From the NCBI RefSeq assembly GCF_009914755.1, contig NC_060937.1: 64,000 nt of DNA; one strand, 5' to 3'. Position numbers and translations under genes: made by a program. The stretch comes from the human T2T-CHM13v2.0 reference genome, Homo sapiens. The notes below the pieces were generated by a model. The model worked only from the letters and a program-made list of their open reading frames with translations. It was not told the origin of the DNA and did not search any database. Within the stretch, counting starts at the first letter, position 1. Every line of letters begins with the position of its first letter. This document shows, one piece after another, positions 19,181 to 34,559 of the stretch.

Positions 19181-19411
19181 ATATATAGGGTATATATATA
19201 CATGTGTATTAAGTCAGGCTAATGGACATATCCATCATCTCAAATACTTATCATTTTTTTGTGGTGAGAATGTTTGAAATGTACTCTCAGCAATTTTGAA
19301 ATATACAATACATTATTATTTACTGTAGTCATTATTGCCCTTGGCTTTTCAAATTCTCTCAAATCCTTCTCCAACTCTGTCTCTCATCTCGATCATCTAC
19401 AATAAATGCTG

Positions 19412-19987
<576 letters not shown>

Positions 19988-20978
19988 TGAAAATCTATCT
20001 AGTTTTCCTAATGAGCTCTCACCTCCTAGGATGTCTAATCCAATTTAGACATCTGTCAGAACTAATAATTTAAACAACTCCTTTAGATAATGCTCAATCT
20101 TCTGAGATAATTGCATAATGTTTCTTCCACCCCTCTTCCTGCTTTCTCTGCTTCCCTGTAGAGGCATCTGGGCTCAGAGGTTAAATTCTTATGAGGTGGG
20201 GTCTGGAAGCCTAGAGCAATGATTAGCAGGCATGGGGCCAACTCATCTCACCTTCTATCCACAAGGACTTAGGATGGCCTACCAGAGTCCCTAGGTGTGG
20301 AACTCCCACTAAACTGATGGTATATTTGAATTTGATATGGAGAAATTAAAAGATTGTCAGGAGCCACTCATCTACTAAACATAGAACATGACCATGATCT
20401 GCAGAGCCCCAAATTCCTCTCCACTACCTTCTTTCCCACCATCATAGACATATGACTATTTTATTCCAATGTGTACTATATATGTCCACCTCTGCTTTTA
20501 TAGCCAGGATCTATTTCTGATGCAGTTAGTATTCATTATTTTATTTTGAGAAGTTTTCCTTCTTTTTCATGAACTTTTCCTTCGATTACAGGTGGTGACA
20601 TTATCCAGCAAAGTAATGAATCAACATAACAGCCGGGATGTTTGACTTTCACACACTGGCTTTCATTAGGCAAAACATTATTGATCAAGTGACTCTGATA
20701 TATATAATATATATGTGCTGTCTGGAATATACATATAAAACATACCTGAGCTTCCTTATTTACAGGGAGTCAAAAAGGGGATCGAGGAAGTGCAATTAAG
20801 AAGAGTTATTTCTTTTCATAACTCTCTTCTTTACTGACTCTTCATATGTTTCTGATATGTTTGGGCAAAGGGTTTTAATCTGCATCCAAGGAAGGGCAGT
20901 GTTGTTGAAAGCTGATGAAATTATGTTTGTTTCAACTTCATTCCGTTATGGTGGGGAGGACGATTAAAGAAAGAAAGA

Positions 20979-21407
<429 letters not shown>

Positions 21408-23214
21408 TTAGGAAGAGGAACTCAAAGCTCACTAACAAAAGCTTATACATTGTGAATGTTGGGCTTGAGTAAAAGGCAATTCTTGCTAAAATCACGACAG
21501 GCTTCTCTTTATTTTATTCTCCTATTTTTAAGTCCCAGTGTATTCATCAGCTCAGCTTTTCATAATTCTGTTTTTAAAAAGTCAAATAATATCTTTATTG
21601 GTTACAAGGTCATTTTGTTTCATAGATATTATTTTATAAATGTAACCTTGATTCTTTGATTATTGTTATCCACATCCAGTAATAAAACAAAATTTTAAAA
21701 GGTGACTTTTTGCTGTTTCACATGACACTCAGGCATCTTAACCCTTTGTTAGACAAACATACATATACACACAGACCCGACTGCATGTGCAAATCATTTT
21801 CACCCTTGCTGATATTAAGAACTTGGTCTTGCACTGTTTTTAAATACTTATGTTATTATTCATAAATCTTCTCCTCCTTAGATATAATTCATGATTCAAT
21901 TTTATGTAAAAATTAAATAATACTTTATATAAATTATAAGTTAGAATTGAATACTTTAAACTGAACCAAGACTATAAAGTTCAGTTATGCTATTTTTGAG
22001 CCATTTATAAAGCCAGTTTTCAATAGGCTTGTGTTATAGAAGGATTAAATTATAGCTTTGCAGTAGATTAGGTTTCTTTGTATTGCTGTATTTACGCATC
22101 TGGTTGGTCTATTATGCATTTTTTCCTATACTATCTTATAAACTGATTAGGACATAACTCTTTCTCTATTGTGTTCATAAGAACCCACCATAGTATGGAT
22201 TTAAGAAGCAAAATTAAATACCCAATATGCCTGGCTTAGAAAATCATTGGTTCTCAATTGCTGCATTGTAATTCTGTGTATAGATCTACCTACCTACACT
22301 GGGCTTTAAAAAGAAAGTGCAATTAAAGACGTAGATTGCTGTGAACAAGGAATTCTATTCTACCAATAGCAATGAGTAAACTTTCCCCATTCCTGACCCA
22401 AAGACCATCTTTGAGCTTCACTATAGAAACACTTGGATGATACTCTTATGTTTTAATATAATACGTAATATATAAGAACGTTCACAGATCAGTTGGCATT
22501 TCTTTAGACTTTAAGAAGCTGAGCCTTTGTGTCCTAAAATTATAGGTATATAATCCTCAAATCTGCTGTGTGGCCAAAACAAAACAACAAAACAAAATAA
22601 AAAAACAATAAAAAAGTTGAGCATGCTCTTTTTGTTGGTTGAAGACTCAATATGCATTATGAAAGCAAAATGTTTAGTATTTTACTAAATGATAAAGTGT
22701 CATTCAAGTGATAATAGCCTTCAGCACTTAGCAGTTTCTGGCTTTCATGTTTAAGGAAAACAGACTAGATGAACTGGTTAAAGTCAGCTCAAGGTGATGA
22801 GGCTTTGAAACTTTCTTGCAGTTTTGAGGATCTGGTTATAGTCTGCTGAAAATAGTGTGTATGTCAATTGAGAACTGCAAACTGGGAAGAAATGGGCACT
22901 GGTGAAGGTTTTGGTATGTAGGAAATATGTCTGGAAATTGTCCCGATTTGTAAAGTCTGGTGACTTTTTTACTTGAAAACAATGAGAAGTGAGAGTTTAA
23001 ATGCTGGTTTCTGGTGTCCCTCCTCTGCACTGCTATTCTCTTGTGATTACTGCTCCACTTACCCCTCTCTTCTGTTAATCTGTGAACTCTCCAGGGGCAA
23101 GGACTCGGTTTATATAGCACAGTGACAGTGACAGGCACTTACTAGATGCTTATGAAATGTTTGTTGTATGAAATGGGTAAATGCATGAGTATGAAAGGCT
23201 TGGCTCAGAATATT

Positions 23215-23783
<569 letters not shown>

Positions 23784-25370
23784 TAACTTTGTTGCCTACT
23801 TAGCTGAGAGGAGTATCCTGGAAGCATTCAGATTTGGGATTTGTAGACCGGAAAATTAAAGTGACCCACCACTTACATTTAACACACTTTTGTTTTCCAT
23901 CACCTCAAATATTTAAATATAATTATTCCAAAGGCCTTCTTTTTGACCATATCTCATGCATACTTATATTCTTAAAAAGGAAATGTCAGGGCTGAAATGT
24001 TGCCTATGTTACCTCTTATTGCTTTTTTTTTGGCTGCATGGAAAATCTGGAAAATTATCATTCTTGTTGAGAAGTGTAAAAGAGGGATTGCAGATTTAGT
24101 AATAAGTGACACATATTATTTTCTTACTTCGCAGCCTTCCCAGTTTCTCCACTCTCCCTCATTTTTTTCCCATAACCTTCCTTCCCACCCTATCTCTTGT
24201 CAGCCTTTGACTGCAAGAGCTACTCTACCTATGAAAACGTGCATTGGACCGTGACCTGTACAGTTACCGGAATTGTTCTCAGGGTGAAAAACCTTCATGG
24301 GTATTAGAAACAATTAACATTTCCATTTACCACTAGACTCAAAGCTTTATGAGCAGCAAAGATGTAAATTTATTTTAACCTTAAATCTAAAGTATAATTT
24401 CTGTGTATGGGAAACCAGCAGTAGGAGACTAGTGTGATTGGGAGATACATTTCAATTAATTCTTCTACCAACACCATATCTCTTCTGCATCAGAACCTTT
24501 TATAGTGTTAAAATTAACAATTATGCAGCTGATGGCTGGCTAAATCCACCAGGGGACCCAGAGAGAGCCTCAGATAACACGACATGTATAAATCATTCAG
24601 GAGAACAATTCATGAAAGAAAAGTTATCTGTGTTTGGGATGACATTGGAAGAGCTAAATAGGAGTCAATTTGAAGAAGGGACATTTAGTCCCATTGTCCA
24701 GCTTGCCTTTTCCTTTTTTAAAAAATTGTGTCATAATATACATTTTTAAAATTAATTATCCATTAGCAGCAAGATAAATGTCTCTTCTTTTGCTAAGGAA
24801 ATAGTGGCCTCAGTGGTGAAAGATTATTTCACATGAGTAGCACTCATAAAGAGAGCTGTTCCCAGATAAGGTGGCAACTGTTCTTTGAAGAAGCACAATG
24901 AAGGTGACAGGCAAGCCCATGTTGATGAAATGGAATAGAAGAACCTGCAGATTTCAGTCCACTGATCAGTTACATAAGCGGAGAGATTCATATCAGGAAT
25001 GACATTTCACCGAACCACATAGACAGCAAAGTAGTAAGTACTTCAGAATATAACAACCCGTGAAACTGTATCCTAGAGAGTATCAAAAACTATTTTCAGG
25101 GCTCTCTGACACCAGAATGTTTTGGAAACACCTCTAGAAGTAGTTTTTCATGCTTAAATCTTCAGTTACCATAAAAATTTATATCCCAGGGTTTTTAATA
25201 AATGTATTGTTTTTGATGCGTGCAGAATATGTATGCATTCATTCTCTAATAAACTGGAATTTAATAGGATCAGTGGCCAAATACTAGTCTTGCAAGTGAT
25301 CTGTTTTATTAAACTTTTTATTTAATTCCATCTATAATACATTTTATTTAATTGATCCTTTTAAGAATCA

Positions 25371-25583
<213 letters not shown>

Positions 25584-26589
25584 TTAAACTTCACTCATAG
25601 TTAACAGAAATATTAAACTTGCAGTTTTCATGCATGGAATAATAACCAGGCTAAATGCTTTATTAAACACTGGAGGTGACTCAATTGTTATATAACTTTC
25701 ATTTATTTTAAATAATTTATTTTCTTCCCCACACTTGCTCATTCTCCTAGTAACGTGCAGAAGAAATAAAAAAAATATGAGTTTTTGACATGGTTCAATA
25801 ATTATGTCACAGTTTGGTGACGTTTTTGCAATTATTCTTTAATGAGGTATGAATTACAGTTGCCTTCATATCTATTTGCATCCAAAATACTTGGATAAAA
25901 CGTATTGCCTTCTTTTTGTAGTTCATTTCATTGGGCCTAAACACGTTTATGACACGCAGTTTTTAAATTGTGAGCACACACACTTGGCTTAGCACATATT
26001 AATTATTTCATTCTGGCATTTTGTTCTTTAGGAAGACATAAATGTTTGTGGTCAAATGTTGACAATCAATAATGGTGCAAAGATGTCAGCAATTAGTGCA
26101 ACATTTTCATTAAAATGTAGAAAATAACAGATTCCAGAGCAGATGCCGTGAAACCACTAACAGTGTGTCCCATAGGAAAGAATCAACAGAAAAGGAGAGG
26201 GTCTGAATCCAGACTGTTCTGTAACAGAAACTATGCCCTAATCAGGCCTTATAATTCTCCCCATCAACTTTTTAGTGAAGAGAAACTGGAGGTAAACATT
26301 GGAATGTTTAGATACTAACGTATCTTTTATATATTAAATTTACAGATAGACATAAAAATATTTTTTATGTAACAACATGTCTTTTGTCCTTGCATATAGT
26401 GTAGTTTGAGTCGTTTGTTATCAAGGAATCTTTTTGCTGTTTTTAGAATTGCAGGGTTAAGAACCCCTCTAGTATTTGCCACAGAAGGATGATTAGGCTG
26501 GGTAGACCCAGCTGGAGTAGTTCCTCCCTCTGCCAGACCCAGCCTCCGCCACATGAGTCTTTCCAGTCTTTTATATTCTATTCAATATG

Positions 26590-26890
26590 TTTTTCTTTTA
26601 AATCTAGATATAATTTACTTGCCATAAAGTTTACCATTTTCACGTCTACCATTCAGTGGGTTTTGTGTATTCCCAGAATTGTGCAGCCATCATTACTGTC
26701 TAATTCCAGAATACTTTCTTCACCCCAGAAAGAAATCTGTACCTGTTAACAGTCACTCCCTGTTCCCCCTCCCTCCAGCCCAGACAAATGCTAATTGATT
26801 TTCTGTCTCCATGGATTTGGCTGTTGTGAACATTTTACACAAATGGAATCATACAATATGTGGCTTTTTGTGTTTGGCTTCTTTCACTAT
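26590..26890 (-). mobile_element. L1MB-type 3' end
   Basis: aattgtgcagccatcattact..taattccagaa; aaatggaatcatacaatatgtgg. Confidence 0.8.
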
Positions 26891-27189
26891 GTGCTATTCC
26901 CTCTGCTCCAAAGTAGATGCACATAGGATGGAAGAAAACTTTTCTGTTCTCATGGGGGTTAGAATATTGTAGGACAAGCAGGCTAAGTAAATATGTGCTG
27001 TACACAGTACGGGCAACACATTTTCCTCTTGATCTGTCTCCAGTTCCTCTGGTGTACAATTTATAAATACAAAGTAATGGCCCCATTATGTGGTTGCCAG
27101 GGTGACATCACCTGCATAAACCAGAACTAGGCTAAGAAGATAAAAGGCTCTCATCTTTACACTTTATGTTCAAGTTTTGCATTCAACTA

Positions 27190-27517
<328 letters not shown>

Positions 27518-28129
27518 TAATTAAGGATCAAGAGAACATAAACACCCATGATGGATTCATGGGTCACTTTTAAGTTGCCTTTAATACAATGGGCAGGCTT
27601 GCCTCACTTCCCTCTTCAGAGTTTAGTTTTCATCCATTCATGGAGTAAGATGCTGTGATGTTAGCTGCCAACACTAGCACACATTACAGCACATTGCTCC
27701 AGAGTGCAGCCTATTGTAGGATATGAAAGGCAATATTTTGGTAGACTAGAGTTAAAAATTGTCTCTTAAAAATTCACATAACAACAAAAAATTCCTTTTC
27801 TCTTAGCTCCTCTAGTATATTCTGGGATCATGTTTTATAACCCAAATCAATAAGATTTCTTTACTCATAAAAGTTGTAAACATTCTCTGTGGAAACTTGA
27901 AAACTAAATCATACAGAAGAAATGAGAATCGCCTATAAGCCTGCCACTTAGAGTAAACTAATAGTTTGTTTTTGTGTACAGAAAATTTCATTTCTTTTAA
28001 ATTCAAAAAAAAATTATTGAATGTCTCTTATGACCTAGGGGGAAATCAGTGGAGGATAAGAACAAATCTTTGGCAATTTATACAAATTATGGTCACACAA
28101 GTTATAAGGTTTGTATTGCCCACATAAGC

Positions 28130-29100
28130 ATTGCAGTGAGTATACTTTCCCATATTTTGAAATATTCTTTAAAAAACATGACTTTTAATACCTACATATG
28201 ATTGGGCTATAATTTCCAAATTGTGACTCATTTATGTTGTTTTCCATTTTTTATTATTAAAAATAATGCTGTCAAAAATAAGTTGAATAAACTTGTATAT
28301 AATATTTTCAGTTTTGTATATAAAATTTTCAAAATCATAAATTTTCAAAAAATAATTTATAATTAAACAACAATAAATTAATAATTAATCCTGAGAACAG
28401 ATTGATTAGAGAATTACTAAGTCAAGTATATCTTTAGCTTAAGCATATTTATACATATTGCTAAATTACCCTCAGAATTATACCAATTTATACTCATAAC
28501 CAGCTTTGATTGAGAGTGTTCATTTTTCTATTTATTCAAAAACACTGCTATTATCATTGTAAACATTTTTAGCTAATTTGTAGGCAAATATCCTATCTTT
28601 AATTATTGGCAAAGTTGAAGATTTTTTACGTTTATTTGCCATTTGCATGTATTATGTATGATTTGACTATTCTTGTCTTTGCCCATTTTTTATGTTGAGT
28701 GTCTTTTATTGATTCATAAGTGCTCTTTATATATCAAATCATCTGTCAGATATGACTCAACTATTTGTCTACTTTGTTTTTTGCTTTTAAATGAATTATG
28801 GCTTTAAAAAAATATATTTGAATTTTAAATGTTTTCATAAGTTTCATTTGTTAATATTTTTCTTCATGGCTTTTGCCTTTGATTTCATGCTTGAATGTCT
28901 TTCTCCAGTGTAAAGTAAAAGAAATTCAACTATTTTTTTTCTAGTTGCTATGCTTATTTTTATATTTAAATCTTTAATCTATTTGAAATTTGTTTTGGCA
29001 TATAGCAATGTAGACATTCAACTTTACTTTTTCTCCAATAGCTATGTAATTGTCTTATTTATTGAGTAAATCTTCCTTTTGTAAGTGATTTATGACATCT
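28130..29100 (-). mobile_element. Ancient L1M remnant
   Basis: Degenerate antisense ORF2 3' motifs (gcccatttttt, tttaatctatttgaaattt). Confidence 0.6.
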
Positions 29101-29384
29101 TTATAAAACACTGCATTTCTACTTGAATTAGAATAAGCCAGTTACTTTCTTTCATGGATATGCTGAAATCCTGTGTGTTTTGCTATTCTTGTTAATTATT
29201 CCAGGAAGAGCCATCCACAAGTCTTACTATGAAAAATAGAGTAAAATCGGTGTCTCCAGATTTGAAAGTTTTCCATTTCTATCTTAAAAATGAAAACTGT
29301 GAACTTTTTTTATGTGCTCAAAATAAACTCTTATTAAGTCACTGGTGTTTTTTCAGCTTTGTTTGTTACAGCAGAAAGATTATC

Positions 29385-32300
29385 TCTTTTTTTTCCTTTT
29401 TCAACTTTTATTTTAGGTCCAGGGGGTACATGTGCATATTTGTTACTTGAGTAAATTGCATGTTGCTGGAGACTGGCGTACAAATAATGTCATCACCCAG
29501 GTAATGAGCATGATACCTGACAGGTAGTTTTTCAACCCTCAACCTCCTCCCTCTCTCCATCCTCAAGTAGGTCCTGGTGTCTATTCTCCCCTTTGTGTCC
29601 ATGTGTACTCAACGTTTAGCTCCCATTTATAAATGAGAACATGCAATATTTGGTTTTCTGTTCCTGTGCTAATTCACTCAAGATAATGGCCTCCAGCTGC
29701 ATCCATGTTGCTGCAAGGGCACAATTTTGTTCTTTTTTATAGCTACATAGTATACCATGGTGTACTGCATTTTCTTTATCCAGTCCATTGTTGATGGGCA
29801 TCTACGTTGATTCCATGTCTTTGCTATTATAAATAGTGCCAAAATGAACATATGAATTCATGTATCTCTTTGGTAGAATGATTTATATTCCTTTGGGTGT
29901 ATACTCAGTAATGGGATTGCTAGGTTGAATGGTAGTTCTAAGTCCTTTGAGAAATCTCGAAAATGCTTTCCACAGTGGCTGAACTAATTTACATTCCCAC
30001 CAGCAATGTGTAAGAGTTCTCTTTTCTCTGCAGCCTCCCAAATATCTGTTAATAGCCATTCTGACTAGTGTGAGATGGTGTCTCATTGTGATTTGGATTT
30101 GCATTTCTCTAATTATTAGTAATGTTGAGCATTTTTCCTATGCTTGTTGGATATATGTGTCTTCTTTTGAAAAGAGTCTGTTCATATCCTTTGCCCATTT
30201 TTTAATGGGGTTGTTTTTCACTTGTTGATTTGTTTAGGTTCCTTACATATTCTGGATATTAGGCCTTTATCAGATGCATAGTTTACAAGTATTTTCTCCT
30301 ATAGATTGTCTGTTTACTTTGTTGTTGCAGCTGCTTTTGGAGACTGTCACGAAATCTTTGCAAAGGTTTATGTCTAGAATGGTATTTCCTAGGTTTTATT
30401 CTAGGGTTTGTATAGTTTGAGGTCTTACATTTAAGTATTAATCTATCTTGAGTTGATTTGTATATACAGTGAAAGGAAGGGGTCCAGTTTCAGTCTTCTG
30501 TGTATGACTAGCCAGTTATCCCAGGATCACTTATTGAATAGGAAGTCCTTTTCTCATTGCTTGTTATTGTCAACTCTGTTGAAGATCAGATAGTTGTAAA
30601 TGTGAAGCTTTATTTCTGGGTTCTCTGTTTTATTGGTCTATGTGTCTGTTTTTGTACCATGCTGTTTTTTTTTGGTTACCGTAGCCTTGTAGTATAGTTT
30701 GAAGTCGGATAATATGATACTCCCAGATTTGTTCTTTTTGCTTAGGATTGCTTTAGCTATTCGGGCTCTTTTTTGGTTCCATGCGAATTTTATTTATTTT
30801 TGTTTATTTTTTTCCCCTCTGGAACATTCAAATTCACTGTTCCAAAGTTTAACTAAAAACACAATTTGCAAATATTTAATATCTACTGAAAAGCATTTCT
30901 AAGTTAAGAATGAAAAAGTATATACATAATATATAATCAAATACCATGTGCTTCAACTCCCACCAGGTCCACACTCAGCAACATCCATCTTTTTAGGTTC
31001 TTCAAGATCTTCTGTTAAATCTACAAAATTGTTTTCCATGCTGGGGGAAGGAATGGAAATCCCCATTGCTTTTTGAAATTCATACAGGCTTACAATATCA
31101 CCTGGAGTTACTTGCTGTGCAAGTTTTTAAGATTATTGGTCACTTGTTCAGTGAGATGCATTTCTCTGCAGGAGGCACCCAAGAGACAGATCATACTGGG
31201 AGGGGGTCTGGTGCTCAAATGCTCGTTCCGGGCTTCCTGGAGCTCCCTGAACAATTTGGTGGCCTCATCAAGTTTCTTCTGAATACTTCAGGTTCTTCAG
31301 AGTCAAAAACTTCAACTGGAGCGCCAAAGTTTACTACTTTCAGTGTGTGAGCCTGTCTTGAGTATTGGGGTCCAGATGCCCTGCTGGGTCTAGTTCTATA
31401 ATCTCCATTTCTTTTGCTGGGCCAAGTGTCTTAGTATGGCCTTCATCTTCAGGCAATGACATCTCCAACTCTTGTAGGGTCCTGGAATTCCCTCCTTTTG
31501 TGAAAACATCCAGTAAACTATCTGCCATAACATATGGATAATCTTGGCATGTGGCCCAAAACTCATGGATGCTGAAATCTCTTGGAAGATCAGAGTCTTC
31601 CCCATAGGTTGGATAGATTAAATCAGAATGATCCTTGCTGATATTTGTAAACGTGGAGTCATACGTGGTGCATAAGAACTGTAGGTCCAGAATTCAAGTC
31701 TCACACTTCTGCAATGGGATCCACAGGGTGGAGAAGTCCCAACGTTGTTGTTCCATCTGGTTTTCTTCTTTCAAATTCACACTGACGGTTCACAGGCTGT
31801 CTGGTCAGCTTTCCTCCAGATTCCTTCATAACTTGGTCAAGCTGCTCCTGCTCTCTCTCTCTGAATTATTGCTTTTAAACTTATCTTCAAGCATATCTTT
31901 GTCTATATTTTAATTTTCTTTGCCGGGACTCTGGAAGGCTTGTGCTTCGGCATCTCCAGAGTCCTCTCTCCCTGGGCCAGCAGCCTTCGTCCTCCCCACT
32001 CTGCCTCCATCCTCCCCAGTCTGTTCTATCTTTCTGCTTTCGAGTTTTCTGCAAGTCAGCCATGAAGTCTATGCTCTGCTTCAGGCTCTGAATTCTTTCC
32101 TGGCTAAGAATAGTCATCCCCCAGTGCAACAGCTTCTTTGCAGCTGTATAATAAATGGTCTCTGGTTTGTTGTAAATCATGGCATTAGTGCACATTAGTT
32201 TGAAGTTATCCTTTAGTTCTATCGACTGGTAGTCATTGTTCTTGACCTTTTCTTTCATAGTGCTAAAATCCCTTGGGTGTTTAATGATCATGGAGTAGCC

Positions 32301-33625
32301 AGGAGCAATAAAATCAGTCACAGGAAATGAAAAGAAAGCACTTGGGTCTTTTCTCTGCAATTGTCTCATCAGTTGATTCAAAGCTTCTTGAAGGGGTGTC
32401 TGTTCTACTTCTTCTTGTTTGGCTAAAGAGCTTGTGAGAGGATCTCACACGGGCATGACACTGGAGGTCTTTTTCTGCCTCATTCTCCACAAGGTCTCGA
32501 TCTCGCTTCTTTTTATCCTCCCTAACTCTCCTCCGTTTTCTCTCTTTTTCTTCCCCTGGATCCTGCTTCTCTCCTTTCTTTCTCTTTTTCTGCTTTCTGT
32601 CCTTGTATTTGTCATGATCTTATTCGCCTTCGAAGAGGCTGGAGTCGTGCCCTGAGCTGCCCGTGGAGAATTCGGTGACTTCGTTCCCTCCTACTTTGAG
32701 GACCAGCCTCAAGGGCTTCTCTACATACCCCTCATAGAAGTGTTTGTCTGACTTGCGCTCCTTGTGCTTCTTGCCCCTGTCCAGCTGGCCCCGGTGCCCG
32801 CCCCCAGAGCCAGGAGCAGGCACGCAGCGCAGCTTCCGGTCCAGGCCAGGCCCGCGCAGGGCGGGAGCGGCCCCTTAGAGGCCCTGCGCGCCGGAGGCAA
32901 GGGGGCGGCGCGAGGTCCCTCTCAACCCATGTGAATTTAAGAAGAGTTTTTTCTAATTCTGTGAAAAACGATGTTGGTAATTTGATAGGAATAGCACTGA
33001 ATCTGTAAATTGCTTTGGGCAGTATGGCCATTTTAGCAACATTGATTCTTCTTACTCATGAGCATGGAATGTTTTTCCATTTGTTTTTGTTGTCTCTGAT
33101 TTCTTTCAGCAGTGTTTTGTAACTCTTGTTGGAGAGATTGTTCACCTCTGTGATTGGCTGTATTCCTAGGTATTTTATTCTTTTTGTGGCTGTTGTGAAT
33201 AGAATTGTATTCTTTTATTATTATTATACACTATCCTTCTGCAGCATAGAATTGCATTTTTGATTTGGCCCTCAGCTTGGATGTTTTTGATGTATAGAAA
33301 TACTACTGATTATTGTGCGTTGATTTTGTATCCTGAAATTTTACTGAAGTTGTTTATCAATTCTAGGAGGCTTTGGGCAGAAGCTGTGGGGATTTCTAGG
33401 TATAGAATCATATTGTCTATGAAGAGAGATCATTCAACTCACTCTTTTCCTATTTGGATTCCTTTTATTTCTTCCTCTTGCCTGATTGCTTTGGCTACGA
33501 CTTCCAGTATTATATTGAATAGGAGTCATGAGAGTGGGGATCCTTCTCTTGTTTCAGTTCTCAGGGAGAATGCTTCCAGCTTTTGCCTGTTCAGTATGAT
33601 ATTGGCTGTGGGTTTGTCATAGATG
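29385..33625 (-). mobile_element. Older L1P (PA13-16/PB-like), 5'-truncated and split by the BRD7 retrocopy
   Basis: Antisense 3'UTR and ORF2 at 29385-30790, resuming collinearly at 32927-33625 ([19 protein letters not shown]). Confidence 0.92.
30791..32926 (-). pseudogene. BRD7: BRD7 processed pseudogene
   Basis: Translations match BRD7 (GKKHK..KSDKH.YE.YVEKPL.LVLKVGGNEVTE; bromodomain QLQRKDPSAFFSFPVTDFIAPGYSMIIKHP). Intronless; ATG changed to AGG at 32776-32778; stop equivalent at about 30953; frameshifts. Degenerate polyT at about 30790-30813; TSD ccatg(c/t)gaattt at 30779-30790 and 32927-32938. The symbol is the parent gene; which BRD7P locus this is was not determined. Confidence 0.96.
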
Positions 33626-33976
33626 GAGACCTGAATTATCAGGTCCTAGTGGATACCTGAATTATCCTAGTTAATATAATGCTTAATTTGAAATCTGATT
33701 CTTTTTTCTTCCCCAATTCTTATTAATGATTTAATATCTTCTCTACCTTATCTTACATATTTTGAACTACATTTGAATAACTACATTGCATTCATTTTTT
33801 TGTACTAATGTTTACATTGTTTCTCTTTGAGTTCTACAGACTTATCTCTAGCTTTTATACATAATTTTTACATAATATTAATATTAAGATGTGATTTACA
33901 GTGTACTCTCTTCTTAAAATTATTCATTTTACCATATTTTGTGGTTTCAAAGAGCTTTCAAATTTATTTTTGCCTG

Positions 33977-34559
33977 CTCTTTCCCTTCCTCCTTCTCTTC
34001 CTCTTTCTTCCTTTACAATCCAGAAGTCTTCTTCTTCTTCTTTTTTTTCACCTGTTATACCATGAATTCAGTTAATAGACTCCAGCAGCTCAGGCTCCTT
34101 TTCATTGGTTCTTACAAAGTGTGCTTCTCTGGGTGGAACAGGCTGCAGCTTCAGGTTTCTCTTTAGCTTCCCTCTTTATGCTGGTTATTTTCCTTCACAC
34201 ACTTTCAGGAAATCATCTTGGCTCTTAGAGTGCTTAATATGCCCAATATGCATATTAATTCTCTTGGCAAGAATCTTGCCCTTAACTTGTTTGTTTACAA
34301 TGATGCCAACAGCATGCTAGGTAACTTTGTAGACTCTTTTAGTTTTGCCATGGTGACATTTGTGAGGCATTTCTTTTTGGACAGTACCCATTCCCTTGGT
34401 GTCTACATTATCACCTTTCTTGTAGATATGCACTTATGTTGCCAAAGGTACAACTCCGTTTTCTCAAAGGCCTAGGGGACCTCAGCAGTTGCCTCTCTTC
34501 TTTCCTCTGTGTTCGTCATTTTATCAAATTACTGGAAGCTGGGAGTTGAGGCCAAAAGG
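33977..34559 (-). pseudogene. RPL21: RPL21 processed pseudogene
   Basis: Antisense CDS at about 34055-34519 (ATGACGAACACA.. MTNT; [32 protein letters not shown]; KEPELLE..EFM). 5' TOP-like cctttt end at 34559; degenerate polyA; stops and indels. The symbol is the parent gene. Confidence 0.94.

Noticed and set aside
31887-32381. 164-aa bromodomain ORF as an expressed retrogene
   Set aside because: Part of a decayed BRD7 copy with a lost ATG, substitutions and a codon deletion in the bromodomain, and a frameshifted tail. No evidence of expression.
30791-34559. Assigning pseudogene numbers or a chromosome, or treating BRD7 and RPL21 as one chimeric insertion
   Set aside because: The locus cannot be determined from sequence alone. 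The BRD7 copy has its own TSD, and older L1 sequence separates the two.
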